A stretch of 63,718 nucleotides of DNA, the filler included, from Dugesia japonica (taxonomy: Eukaryota): assembly GCA_001938525.1 (NCBI GenBank). It is 6 parts of 6 records of this genome, joined end to end, with 100 filler letters (N's around TTAATTAATTAA, not from the genome) between each part and the next. Parts side by side here need not be neighbours in the genome. Positions count along the whole stretch, not along the records: positions 43,664 to 53,781 come from MQRL01473909.1; positions 53,882 to 63,718 come from MQRL01498674.1; 4 more parts are not named here. One strand, 5' to 3'. Under the pieces are notes generated by a model. The model did no database searches. It had not been told where the DNA came from and saw only the letters and a list, made by a program, of their open reading frames with translations. The stretch's first letter is position 1; each line of letters opens with the position of its first letter. Of this stretch, positions 51,028-63,718 are shown in pieces. Position numbers and translations under genes: made by a program.

Positions 51028-53705
51028 ATGGGTGATTTAAAATGTCAAACGTTGAAAAGCAAATCATTGGAATTACTAAAAGTATTTTATTTTCAAAACG
51101 AATATAAATATAAATTTGGACCTGATGGATTTAATGAAGTACTAGTTTGGAAAGATAAATACAATATAGTTTTTCCCAAGACATCGAAGGTTTTTAAGAA
51201 AATTATGAAATATAAAAGTTTTAAATTGAAAAAACATACAAAAATAAATTTTAAAAAGAATCAAAATATGAAAACTTTTAAAAAAATTCAAGATGAACAA
51301 AATGTAAATGACGCATTACAAGAAGCAACTGTTTTGGATAGAATATCTGCATTGAAAAAGAAAGGAATTTGGTCGCGTGATGCATTGCCAAAAGTTTTAG
51401 AACCAAACAGAAACAAAACTTATTGGGACTACGTAATTAATGAAATTGAGTGGTTATCGATTGATAGATTAAATAGGTTGAATTGGAAAATTTCTGCTGC
51501 CAAAATAGTATTTTATTAACAAACATTTAAATCTTTACAGGTATATCTTAGATAGCTAATAGTGCAAAGACATACGTTTTTATAAAAGACGAAATTAAAA
51601 CTCTCGAATTTATTCAATTTCAAGAAGAAGCCAGGTTGCATTGTTCTAAAGTTGCTAAAATGATAAGAGAATGGTTTAAAGAAAAGGTATATTTTCTTTT
51701 ATCAAAAAGTTTAACGATTTAATAGGAAAATTATTATAAATTTTGTTCTAATGTTGCAATTAAATCCTCTGAAAAGTCTCCGATGGATTTATGCCAGCTT
51801 TGGCTGTCAAAAAGTTTAATTAATTGCGATGATCTAGATGAGGAGTTTGAATTTCAGACTAAATCAGATAGCGATAGTTTATGCTCTTTCAATTCCTCTA
51901 AATCTTATAGTTCTGTTATGTTCTCCGAAGAAGAAAATTTATGCATAAAAGATACGTCTTTTAATTTTAGTGATAGTAATTCACCACCAGAAAATTTCAC
52001 TGAAGAAATAAATTGGCTAGAGAACGATATGAACATGAATGAAATTGAAGTATTTATTTGAGTTTTGATGATTTATGCATTTGTAATTATCGATTGATAT
52101 TAATTAGTTTATTTTACTTTTACTACTTTTATTAGTTAATTTAAACCAATGTTAATTTGAAGAACAGTTATTTCTTCAACTTAAATTAATTTTAATGACA
52201 CTGTTATGTTTCATAATTTATAATTTTAAAATCAACAACGAAGAAAATTATTCTTTAAATCAATATTTATTTATGTAAGGAATATTATCTATGCCAAAAA
52301 TGTTATACTCGAGAAAATATTCATATTTTAGAAGGTGAAAGTGTTAATTAAATTAGCCGTTCATAATTATGAATATATTTTTAGAAAGATAGATAATTCT
52401 TAATTCAATAAAAATCATAATTTTCATATTATTAGTTAATCCATTTTTCAAAGCATCTGTTAACTGACAGTAACACCAAAGTTTTGTATTGAATAATTGT
52501 AATTTTCAATGTTTTAAATCTGAAATACTCGTACTTTCTCTCATTCGTTTCTGTTTATTGATAAAATTAATAAGAATTAACCTTTTTTTAGAGTTAATTA
52601 TTTTTTTTGATATAGTTTAATTGATGTTGTGTTGTCAAGCCATACAATTAAGAAAATAAAGTTTTTTTTTAAAATTAATTTAATTTAATTTGGTATTATA
52701 GATGAAATCGTCGTTTGAAAATGAAATTAATGAATTGAAAATGCTTTCACAGATGCCATTAGAAAAAATTATTGATGAAAATTACTTTAATTCAGAAAAT
52801 TATGACGACAAGTCTGCTGTATATTCAGATATTGATGTTGAATCTGTTTTAACAGATATATCTCAAGAACCTAATGACATTTTATTGATGACTGGAAATA
52901 AAAATTGCTTTATAAAATTACAAGGTGAAAAAATTCAAGACGTAATAAATGTTTCATATGCTGAAATGCTATCAACATCATCTGATATCTTGGAAGAAAT
53001 TCTGAAAAATGAATCTGTAAATAGAAACATTAAGATAATGTATGAATTAATCAAAATTAAATGTTCATTTTCAATAGTCAGTTCCTTGCAAGTCGGTGAT
53101 GACCGATTAATGCTCTCAGGTTTTATTTGAAATGCATTGATATGGTTAATTATAAATTATTTTAGTTCTTTTTAGTTTTTTGTCGAGTAAATGTAATTCT
53201 GAATATCCTGAATTAATTGTAACAACAATTTCACAAATTTATGAGTGGCAAGGGTTATTATCCAAACTATTTCCTTTGAATAAAATAATTATTTTTGATT
53301 CTTATCTTTCATTAAACGGTGCTAATGAAGTTCTTTTAAATTTAGAAAATTCTAAATCTCTAATTTGTATTATAAGTTATGAATCACTTTCTATTCCTTT
53401 CTATTTAACATCTGTAAAATGGAATAATGTTATTTACGACCAGGTATTTATTTAATTTTTGAATATTTCTTAAATTTTTATTGCAGATAGATAAGTTATG
53501 CGAGAATTCAACTTGCATTCCAGATAATGTTTTTTTAAATGATGCTAACATATTAGGATCTAGAATTGGACTTGTTTCACAAGACACTAATTTCCTTAGT
53601 CAAATTAGTTCTGCTAATATCTTTCTTCGATTATTGTATTCTCCATTTGAAGTTGAGGAACTTATGAATGCAATGACTTTTAAGAAATATGAAAAAGTGC
53701 TTGCG
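51028..53705 (+). CDS. SRCAP/EP400-like: Domino/SRCAP/EP400-like protein (HSA + degenerate SNF2-N). Exons 51028-51507, 51552-51686, 51726-52049, 52702-53119, 53166-53443, 53487-53705; truncated by the contig end
   Basis: HSA domain EATVLDRISALKKKGIWSRDALPKVLEPNRNKTYWDYVINEIEWL...WKISAAK. Acidic EINELKMLSQMPLEKII repeat. SNF2-N-like PELIVT...W...ICIISY...W..VIYDQ. Introns are phase-consistent. Confidence 0.75.
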
Positions 53706-53781
53706 GTAACAATTTTGTTATTTTGCTTTGGATATTTTTGAAAACATAAATAATTGGTTAATTAATTAATACTTAATACAT

Positions 53782-53881
53782 NNNNNNNNNNNNNNNNNNN
53801 NNNNNNNNNNNNNNNNNNNNNNNNNTTAATTAATTAANNNNNNNNNNNNNNNNNNNNNNNNNNNNNNNNNNNNNNNNNNNN
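53782..53881. other. Artificial assembly linker
   Basis: 44N-TTAATTAATTAA-44N. Confidence 0.95.
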
Positions 53882-56019
53882 GTAATAATTATTGAATTTG
53901 AAAACCAAATCGTTATTTTTACTATTATAGTTTTAACAATTATTTCCACAATTTCCCAATCTTTTCAAAATTTGCCAAATTTGAAATATTTTCAATGAAA
54001 TTTCTATTATTATTATTGAAATAATTTTTATTTTTAATATTCAAATTTTTATAATTATTTATATTAACCTTTATAACTAGAGCGTTACATACAAATTCAC
54101 ATACATACAGATGTAGTAATAAGAAAAATGAAACGTTAAATAAAATCGGAAATTTAAAGCAAATAAATTGTAAATATGTAAAAAATTATATTTCAGCCTG
54201 CAGATTTTATTTTGAAAAAACACGGAAATAATCATTTTATTGATGCTTCAATGAAATAAAAAAACTGTCTAAGTCGTAGTTCTATTGAATGAAATTTTAT
54301 GCATTCATTGAAATCTTATCAATTATTCTCAAGAATATCATTAGTTAAATTATAACAAAAATTATAAATTTTGTTTCATTTTTAATTTTCTTTCAAAGCA
54401 ATTTCAATAAAATATTTTACAAAAAATGAATTGATAGATCTTGTAATTATTTCTCGATTAGAATTTATTGATTTTTATTATTTTTGTGTTTTTACAGATT
54501 AAAATCGTTGAGTAAAAATTTCACGTATACTATAATTATTTAATTATGTATGTAAAATACATCAATACGCTGTTAGTTATTTATACTATTATGTAATAAA
54601 CTTCCAAGTAGATGTTTTTAAACGAATTTATTAGCTTTAATTTATATAAAATGAAATCTATTCAATTGAGGTTACATTATTCAATAATGTTCTGTTTCTT
54701 CTGTTATACTGGCATTAGTAATGGATGATCCGAAATGCTCTTATGAGTTTAAAAGTTTTCATCAAATTAATGTAATCAAAAATATAATTTTAATTATTTT
54801 GTATTACAATTGCAATTATTGCGTAAATAATTGTTGGACGTAACTATTGATCGTTTTTCAAAATTCATTTAAATAAAAACTTCGATCAAAATTTTGTAAT
54901 TAAAATTTAGTAAAATAGCGAAAAAAAATTATAATTTTTAAAGCAGTAATTAAAAAAATGAAAATTAGTTAGCAAAGATAAAAACTAGAAACCATAATTT
55001 TTGTTGATAAACAATATAAGAATAAATTTGTTTTCAAATTTCACTTTGTTCATTTTATGAAATAATTTATCTATCCTCTTTGTTTAACAATTTTAGCATC
55101 ATTATTCTTGCATATGACATAGATTGCTAATTTGAAAAGACTTTTTTGTGATCCACGTTAATAACATTTCCTTGTTTTAAGTCATTATGTTTCAATTTCG
55201 TCTAATGGTATATATTTATCTAAGTTTAATGAGGTCGATAAGAAACTTGCTTGGAATTGTATATATAAGGAGTTGTAGTTTTATATTATTCTATCATTTA
55301 AAAGTAATATTTAATTTCTAAAAAATATTTTTGGCTAAATTGAAATTTTTTTTTATAAACAAAGTGGATTAAATAAATTTAAAAATTAAAATATTAACAT
55401 TTTATCTTGTATATATTTGAAAAATAAAAATTTTCTTGGTTTTTTAATTTTTCTAAAAATCCTCTTTTTATGGGATGGAGTAAAGTAATTATTTAAGGAT
55501 AAAATTTATATGAAATAGTAATATTTATAATGTTTATAAGAAAATATTTTAAAAAAAGACGTTTATTTTTAAAAATTTTTAATTTTTTNAAAATATTTTT
55601 AGAGTTTACAAAAATTTGAAATTAAAAATAAATTTTAATTTCTATTGTCTAAAATGATCCTTAAATTTTGTTAAATAAAATGCCTAAATAAATTCAATAA
55701 TTTTTTGAATAAGAAAAGAACTAATAATTTTTATTATAGTTATTTGTTGACTACTTCAATAATCGAAAACTTGAAATAATTATAATAAATTTTTTTTTGA
55801 TCTAAGCCTTAGTTTTCTTATTTTTTCTAAAAAATATTCAATTTAGTAATATTTAGTTTCAGGTAAAATAATAGTCTAATTCCTTTATTTGTTTTGGTGA
55901 TTCGTTTTTCTAATTTCCTAAATTAAATAATTATTGAATATTTTACAAATGTGTCACCGGAACAAGAAATTTGAGTTGTACTTTTATTTATAAATTCTTC
56001 AGTGAAACTAGAAAATTAA

Positions 56020-57305
56020 ATATTATGTCCCAAAAGTTCTGTTATAGTTGTGAAAAAATACAAAAAGTATATTTCATTGAACTTAAAACAATAACATCTA
56101 TTAAAAGTACAGTCCATCATTATTCACCACTTTCTGCCATCGATCTGCAAGTTTCCAAATCTGTTCAAAGTACCAATATGGATTTGTCGAATGAGAAAAC
56201 TGTTGGTGCGCTTCTTCAATTTCATCAAATAATTGAAATCGACAACTATTCAAGGAGCGCTGCATAGATCTTAGAGGACTGTAATCAGATGGTACAACAA
56301 ATGGGTTGTATGGTGGATGTGATAAAACTTCTCACATTTTTCTTAGTTTTCTTTGCAGTGTATGGCTTTGTTCGGGTCAAACAGGGTGTGTTTCCGACGG
56401 ACTAAAGTCGAATACTTCGTCACCAATTTATTGCAAACACGGTCAAGTTGATTACAGCAGAGNTCAGTATCGAAAACATGACTATCCAGAATTAGTTCTA
56501 AGTGAAAAACGCCTCCAAAGTTCCACTGGACACAAATTATAACCTTCTTGCCAAATCGATTTTTACGTGGAACAAATGGCGTTGTCTAGCCTTGTGAAAC
56601 TCAGGACTTGTTTTTACTGTGATAGACCAGAAAGACTCACTTTTTGTCTGAAGTCACAATCCGTTTCCNNNNNNNNNNNNNNNNNNNNNNNNNNNNNNGT
56701 TGAGCATAATTTTCTAAACTTTTGACTGTTTGTGCTTTCGTGAAGTCGTCTGGATCTTGATGCTGCTTCTTGTGAGAATAACCAAGTCTCTGAAGATGCC
56801 CATGAAGCGTTGATTTTCTAGCCATAAATTTGAATTTAAAATCGCGAGTTCTTGATAATAGTTCGGCTTCTAGACAATCTTGTAATTCTCCAGGGTATAA
56901 CTTTGACAGCCGACCGAAACAAGCTTGATCTGTAAGACTCATATTGCATGATCCAGATCGCTTGTACCACCTTGAAACAGTGATGTGACTTAAAGTTCCT
57001 TTGCCTTGTGTATCACATATCTCCTTTGAAACATATCTTGTTGAAAATCGGCGCCTCCAGCAATATCCGATCAAACCTTGATGCACACTTTTAACATTTG
57101 CCATCCTTAATTTACTTATTAATATTTTTTAATATAATAATTATATTAAACTTGTAATCTTTGCAACGATTGGTTTTCTATTAATTAACGATTAAGGTGT
57201 ATGCAAATAAAGCATTTAAACATGATTACATTTTAAACAAAATATAATATTTCATATAAATTGAATTTTTAGTAGTTGTAACAGAACTGTTGGGACCATC
57301 CAATT
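56020..57305 (-). mobile_element. Degenerate full-length mariner element
   Basis: Inverted ends gtcccaaaagttctgtta (~56027) and taacagaactgttgggac (~57279). ORF 57104-56637 has an HTH (TVSRWYKR...GR) and RIVTSDK. Confidence 0.85.
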
Positions 57306-57482
57306 TTATTTCTGAAATAAATATATATGCGTTTGTTTTAGATCAAATATATCAAAACTTTTTATAAATAATGATCACATTAACTGAATCACTCCATTGG
57401 TCGTATTATAAAAAATGAAATAATGAGAATACAGAATTTTAATGATAAACATTATTGAACATAATGTGACATATGCGCTAGA

Positions 57483-58666
57483 TATTAGGTCATTCGGAAA
57501 GTAATGGCGGATTTCGTAATGAAACTTTGAACTGTCATAACCAAATCCATTACAAAAGTTTTATTAAAAATAAACGTCATAGCAGTCTATGCATTTTTGC
57601 CAATATAAAAAAATATTGATTCCNATTTAAAAAAAAATCTGGATTTCTGTTTTCAATGACATCTTTGAATGCTGTTTCGATATCCTATTGATTTTTTATC
57701 ACTTTATTATTCAAGAAATGATCAACATGTTCAAAGATATGGAAATCTGTACGAGCCAAGTCCGCTGAGTATGGTGGGTAAGAAATAGTTTCATATCATT
57801 ACATATGTATTTCTTGTACGATTGTGCGTTGTCGCGATGGAGTATTATACCCTTTCGATTGACTAAAGCCAGCTGTTTTTGCACCAATTTAAAATTACGA
57901 TGTTGCCGTGAATTTTTTCCAGGCGTGATGTAAGAAAAGTGAATAACTAATACAGTTCACCACTATACAATAAGCATAGACTCTTTCGGAAGGAGCTTCA
58001 TTTTTCGGAACTGCTTAGGGGACTCATCAACTGATAACCATTTTGCAGAACATTTGCCTTTTTCATAAATAATCCACTTTTCATCACAATCAATGATGCG
58101 ATCCAAGAGGGGATTGGTGGAATATCTTCTTTGGAGAAATGTTGATACCTCTTTTCATGTGAATTTTCGTAAGATCATGCTGCATTCATTTATCCAGTTT
58201 CTTGACTTTGTCTATTAGGTTCAGATATTCGAAGGCAGTTGATTGTGAAACATGTATCTTTACCGCTATCTCTGACACTTTGCTTTAGGTCTTCTGGGAC
58301 TATTAGTTTTAAAACATCGTCATTAACACCACAATGTTGACCTATTCTTTCATTATCTTTAAGAGACTCATTTTCACTTCTGAACTTCAGGAACAATCTG
58401 TACACGTCACGCTCAGTTGCAATACCATTTCCCTAGGCTTTATTTACATTTTCCATTGTTTCTGTTGCATTGTGACCGAGTTTAAAGTCGTGAAGTATAA
58501 TAGCACGTAAATCAATTCTGTCTATAGTAACTAGTTCGTCCACTGATGGAAAACATGATTGTTAATTATATTAACATAAAAAATATATTGGGAATAGATA
58601 TTTATGGATATTCTTGAAATTCTGGACTATTGAAAAATTCGCCACTACTTTCGTGTTTACTTAATA
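57483..58666 (-). mobile_element. Degenerate full-length mariner element (a different family)
   Basis: TA-flanked TIRs ttaggtcattcggaaagtaatggcggattt and aaattcgccactactttcgtgtttacttaa. Transposase pieces HDFKLGHNA, DEKW and YPPYSADLARTDFH. Confidence 0.85.
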
Positions 58667-61223
58667 CAGCCACTTGAAAAATATATGTGAAATGTGTTTT
58701 CAAAATTATTTAAGCCTGGTAGAATTTCATTATGCAAATCTTTAAAATTTGGCCTGTCAGTTTAGGTTACTTAGAAATCGGATTACACTATTTAATATTT
58801 ATTTTATTGCATGATAATTTTAAAATATTTCGGAAAAAATGTTAAGTGCACAATTTATTTTTAAATTTAATAGATTTATTTGAGTCTACCAATCGTTATC
58901 TTCTTTACCTCTAACTACTAAATACAGCTTAGTTTTGTTTTAGTTTGAAATTCTAACCAGATATTTTCTAAACATTGTTTGAAATAGAATACCGTCAATA
59001 TTGTCCAGTAAACCTAAATATCGTATTACCAAAAATAAGAAATACGAAATGTATCACATTATTTACTGTGAAAGAGTTTTAAATTATGAGATATTTTATT
59101 TTTGTATTTATTTCATAAGTCATAATATTTATAAGAGTTTCAAGAAATAATTTTAATAAGTAATAGATATTTTTACAAAATTATCAAGTAACTAGAGGTT
59201 TTTATTTAAAAATGAAAAAAGATATATATTCAACTAAAATTTTATAATTTAATCTAATTTAATTTAAAATTTTTTTATATTTTGACCTAATTTTGGATTG
59301 CAGTGACTTTCGTGATCAATTTTAACTTTTAAATGATTTATTATGATTCTGATCATATCTATATTTTGAAAAAATAAAATTAATTTGATAGTAATTTTTT
59401 TAGTTTAGTTTTTGTTTATTTTTATTATTACTTTCTAATTTTGAAGAAAATTATTTTTTTCTAAACTAAATTCTATTCACATTAGTTTTAAAATATTTCT
59501 AAAAACGTTCCTGAATTTAATTTAATGAAAAGCAAATATAAAAATTTTGCAGTCAATAAAAGTTTTTAAATATCGATTAATTAATTGAAGGAACTAAAGT
59601 TAAAATTTATGACTTAAAACGTTAACATAAAAAGAATACATTTATTAAGTAACATCGAAACAAATCTCTAGAATAAGAATTTTATAAGAAATTATTATAC
59701 CTTTTAAAATTATTTTCTTGTTTTAATGGAACTGATTAAAAATCAAACATTCATTATTAATTAAACTTATCGGGGTTTTCCGATTATAAGCCTATATTCA
59801 AGAAAATAGTTTCTTACGGGTGAATTTTTTTTCGAAATATAAGCTATTCCAAAAGTAGGCTTATACTGAAAATTTAAAAAAATTTTAAAATGTTTTAAAT
59901 ATAAAAAAATAATACATAACAAAATAATAACATAATGAATACCATGAATATAATTATCCAAATAAATGTTTAATTGAATCTTCTTCGATTGACGGAAATC
60001 AATCTAGCCTCTCTCCAAAATCACATCATTGGCATTATCATCATAGTTTGCTCCCGAGAGAACCGATTAAAGCCTTGAATTTAAACATGCTGTTTGAACT
60101 TCACGGCCTCCAGAGGATAATCAAGAGTACTCAAAACTTATCATTATGCACTCTGATTCTATCTGATCAAGTAAATTTTTAAATCCATCTGCCTTTTCTT
60201 TCAATCGTCTATAACTCATCATTGTTTTCTGAACGTATCGTTCTTCTTTGATACACTCAAAATGCTTATCTTCAAACTCAGCGAAGAATGTTTTTCTTGC
60301 AATCACTCCAGGTCTTTGAGAACCAACTTGTTTGATAGAGTTTTAAAAATATGTTTGGTTATCTCGCTAATTTCTCAACCATTTTCTGTTGACCCCGAGA
60401 TGTCTGGCTGCCTCTGTAATGTTTCCGCTTATTCAATGCAATAAGTTTCTCTTTGATTGTGTACAAATTTTGTTTTCTGATGTTTTTTGATCTGAATATT
60501 GATCTGATAATTTGTTTTACATTTTAAAATTTAATGAAAATTAAAATTTAAAAAAATAATAGATTCATAATTTTTATTGGATAATTTTTGTCAATCTTGA
60601 TATATTCAATTATTATAATTAAAAAGGAATGTATGTAAAACAATTAATTATCAAATTAGTTGTTTAAATATTGCTAAAAAGATATATTTTTTTGAATATA
60701 AATTTTGAAATGTTCAAAAAAATTTTCGAGTATTATTTTGGGAAGAGCTTTTTTATTTAGAAGACCCCGGTACAAATATTTTATTATTTAAATAATTTTT
60801 AAATTTAATAGTTTTCTTTTTTTCCAACGAGCTTAATTATTTAATGTATAAAATTAGTTTTATGAAATTAATACTACTGAATTGCAATAGTAATTTAAAT
60901 TTTATTATTATTGTGANNNNNNNNNACCTCCGGATTTCCTAAATTTGAATCTAACATAATAACTAAAATTATTTATCAAAGATTTATTACTTCAATTAAA
61001 TTTATAACCTTTCTAAAAAATGTTACCGAATAAAATTTACAATTTAATAAAATTTACAATTTAATAAAACTTAACACAGTTACAAGTAATTACAACAATT
61101 AAAAAATTACAATAAATTCTTACTATTGATCTGCAACTCTTAATTACCCTAAAAATGACTATTTAAAATTAAAACTGTTTTAAATATTTTTTGGAATATT
61201 TAAACAACAAAAATTTTCACTTG

Positions 61224-63718
61224 TCATATATTGCTCACATTCCCCTCCTTTAAGAAAATTTTTAACTTTTCCACATTCCTTTCTATCTTTTTTCCCTGCT
61301 CATCTTGTAACACGTATCTCCTCTCGTGTCGCCTTTCTATCACTTGGTATAGTCCAATAAAATTTTCTTTATTTTTATTGACCCCTTCACTTCTAACTAA
61401 TACCCCCTGCCCAACCTGAAAGTGTCTTCGAGTCGTGTTCTTCATTTCCTCATCTTTATTGTTGTTTTCGTCTGTTTTCCCACCTACTTCTCGACTCATG
61501 CATCTTCCCATCATTAGTTCCGCTGGACTCCTCTGAGTTGTTTTCTGCTTCGTTGCATTTATCGCGAATTCCACCTCAGGTAATATCTCGGCCCAGTCTG
61601 TCGTTTTGCATTTATCCATTCTCGTACCGTTCTGAATTGCCGCTCTATTTGGCCATTCGTTTTGTGATGATACGGACTTGAAGTCTGCAATTCCATCCCC
61701 AAATCTGATGTAAAATCTTTCATAAGCTTGGATTATAAAATCCTGCCGCAATCTGCTCTTATCATCCTCGGGGAACCCCACTTCAATACCCACTGGTTCA
61801 TAATCGCTCGTTGTACCGTTACTTCGTCTTGCCGAGACAGTGCTACTTAAACTATGTATTTGGTATATTGATCTATCATACATAATATATTTTTTTTCCT
61901 TCCTGATGTTTCTCTCCACGGTTCACATATATCTATCCACAGTGTTTCTGCTGGACGACCTGCTTCTATTTTCACTACCACTTCCTTTGTCACGCCCGTC
62001 CAATTTTTTGTTCTCTGACAATGTTCGCAACTTTGAATCACTTCTTTGATCTTGTCTCCCCATTTAACCTTTGGCCATTGTCTTTTAATGTAATCTGTTG
62101 ACTTTTCTACCCCAGTGTGACACAACAGTTTGTGTATCCTTGACTTTTCCTTATTACACCATTCTGAATTTTTATCTATCTCTTCCTAAATTTTCACCGG
62201 AGCTACGGTTTGTAACATTCTTGTCTTAATCTTCCCTTTTGCTGCGCATTTATGATACATCTGACACTGAGTACAATTATCACACTCAGGTCGTGATAAA
62301 ATATCTGCATTACTGTGCAATTCCCCTTTTCTATAAAGCAACTCTATGTCCAAGCTGCTCAAATAGTTCACCCACGTCTGAAATTGTGGCGTTACTGGTT
62401 TTTTTGTTCCTAACATGAACGTGATGGCTTTATGGTCCGTTCTGAGTCTAAATCGCTTCACATAAAGATAATGCTTGAACAAATTACAAAAAAAATATAC
62501 TGCCAGCAACTCCTTCCTTGTGGTACAATAACCTTTCTCGTGACTGGTCATTGCATGTGATCCATATGCAATAACTCTCTCCNNNNNNNNNNNGTCAGTC
62601 TGGGATAAAACAGCCCCAATTGTATCAAAACTAGCATCTGTATCCAGTGTAAATTTATTGTTCAAGTCAGGGAATGCTAGTATTGGTGCCGACATTAACG
62701 CAACTTTCAATCTTTGAAATATTCCTTTCAATTCTTCATTCCAAATCAATTTCGTATTACCCGCACCGCTGCATAATTGTTCCAACCTTCTAGATTTAGC
62801 CGCATAACCTATAATAAATTTACGATAATAGTTACAAATCCTGAGAAAACTGCGCATTTTCTTCACACAATTTGGTCTACCAAATTCCTTAATAGCTTTG
62901 ATTTTTACCGGATCCGTTCGTATACCTTTCGCGCTCACAATATGTCCCAGAAATTTAATTTCTTGTTTTAGAAATTCANNNNNNNNNNNNNNNNNNNNNN
63001 NNNNNNNNNNNNNNNNNNNNNNNNNNNNNNNNNNNNNNNNNNNNNNNNNNNNNNNNNNNNNNNNNNNNNNNNNNNNNNNNNNNNNNNNNNNNNNNNNNNN
63101 NNNNNNNNNNNNNNNNNNNNNNNNNNNNNNNNNNNNNNNNNNNNNNNNAGGCGCTGCTGCTATTCCAAATGGCATCCTAGTAAAACAGTATTGTCCGTGT
63201 TTTGTCGAAAAAGCTGTTTTCTCTAGAGAATCCTTTTCTATTTCTACCTGGTAATATGCATTACCCAAATCGATCGAGCTAAAATATCCATTCCCGTGTA
63301 ATGTGTCCAACATCTCATCTATATTTGGCATAGGAAAAGCTTGTCTTTCAGTTATCGCATTTAATCTTCTAAAATTCAAACACAGCCTAATATCCTTTTT
63401 TTCTTTCTTCCAGATACATACTAAGGGCGCATTCCAAGCTGAATTACACTTCCGAATAATTTCATTCTCCACCAGGTTCCGAATCGTCTCTTCAACATAA
63501 TTTTCTAGGTGTAATGGAATTCTATATGGTTTCACTTTGATTGGCTCTCCATTTGTCACAATTCTATGTTTAGCCAAATGAGTACAACCCACATCCAATT
63601 TCGACGCCATAAAAACATTTACTCTCCTCTTACAAATCGCTTGCAATTTACTTCCATCTACAATACCTGTCGTTTTTTTTACTCTTTCCCATCTATCTAC
63701 TTCTGCCGCTTCTATACC
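61224..63718 (-). mobile_element. Ty3/gypsy pol (RT-RH-IN), relatively young, frameshifted in the integrase. PPT at 61240-61251; 3' LTR starts TGTGAG at 61239
   Basis: The 486-aa ORF has PYRIP, RLCLNFRRLN, RMPFG, FLGH, LDTDAS, RKELLA, TDHKA and NADILSR. Integrase H-C2 (CEHCQ) follows. The polypurine tract AAGGAGGGGAA lies directly before TG. Confidence 0.95.

Noticed and set aside
11579-53837. TTAATTAATTAA recurring every ~10 kb as a CRISPR-like or regulatory repeat
   Set aside because: It is always centred in exactly 44+44 N, so it is a synthetic linker.

Overview
AT-rich eukaryotic (metazoan) genomic DNA, not prokaryotic: spliced genes with mostly 41-47 bp GT-AG introns, divergent proteins and many decayed transposons. 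It is not one contiguous locus. Five identical 100-bp spacers (44 N + TTAATTAATTAA + 44 N) split it into six pieces (1-11534, 11635-21056, 21157-34202, 34303-43563, 43664-53781, 53882-63718), so adjacency across them is unproven. Recognisable host genes: the 5' end of an L-type Cav1 calcium channel alpha1 subunit (minus strand), the 5' end of TBL2, a complete 6-exon CBP/p300 whose bromodomain has lost its acetyl-lysine-binding Asn/Tyr, and, 537 bp downstream, an HSA-domain Domino/SRCAP/EP400-like gene whose ATPase motifs look dead. An unannotated gene (23053-34049) encodes a signal peptide plus three Ig-like modules, each on its own phase 1-1 exon, separated by TE-filled introns. Mobile DNA: five mariner remnants, MULE, pogo/Tigger, two large Ty3/gypsy copies plus fragments, a Polinton/adintovirus-type pPolB relic, a long-inverted-repeat family and hAT-like ends. 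Also present are 28S and 5S rRNA pseudogene fragments, a decayed hammerhead-ribozyme-like motif, and a three-copy repeat whose hairpins show compensatory changes. All calls come from manual reading; no database searches were run.
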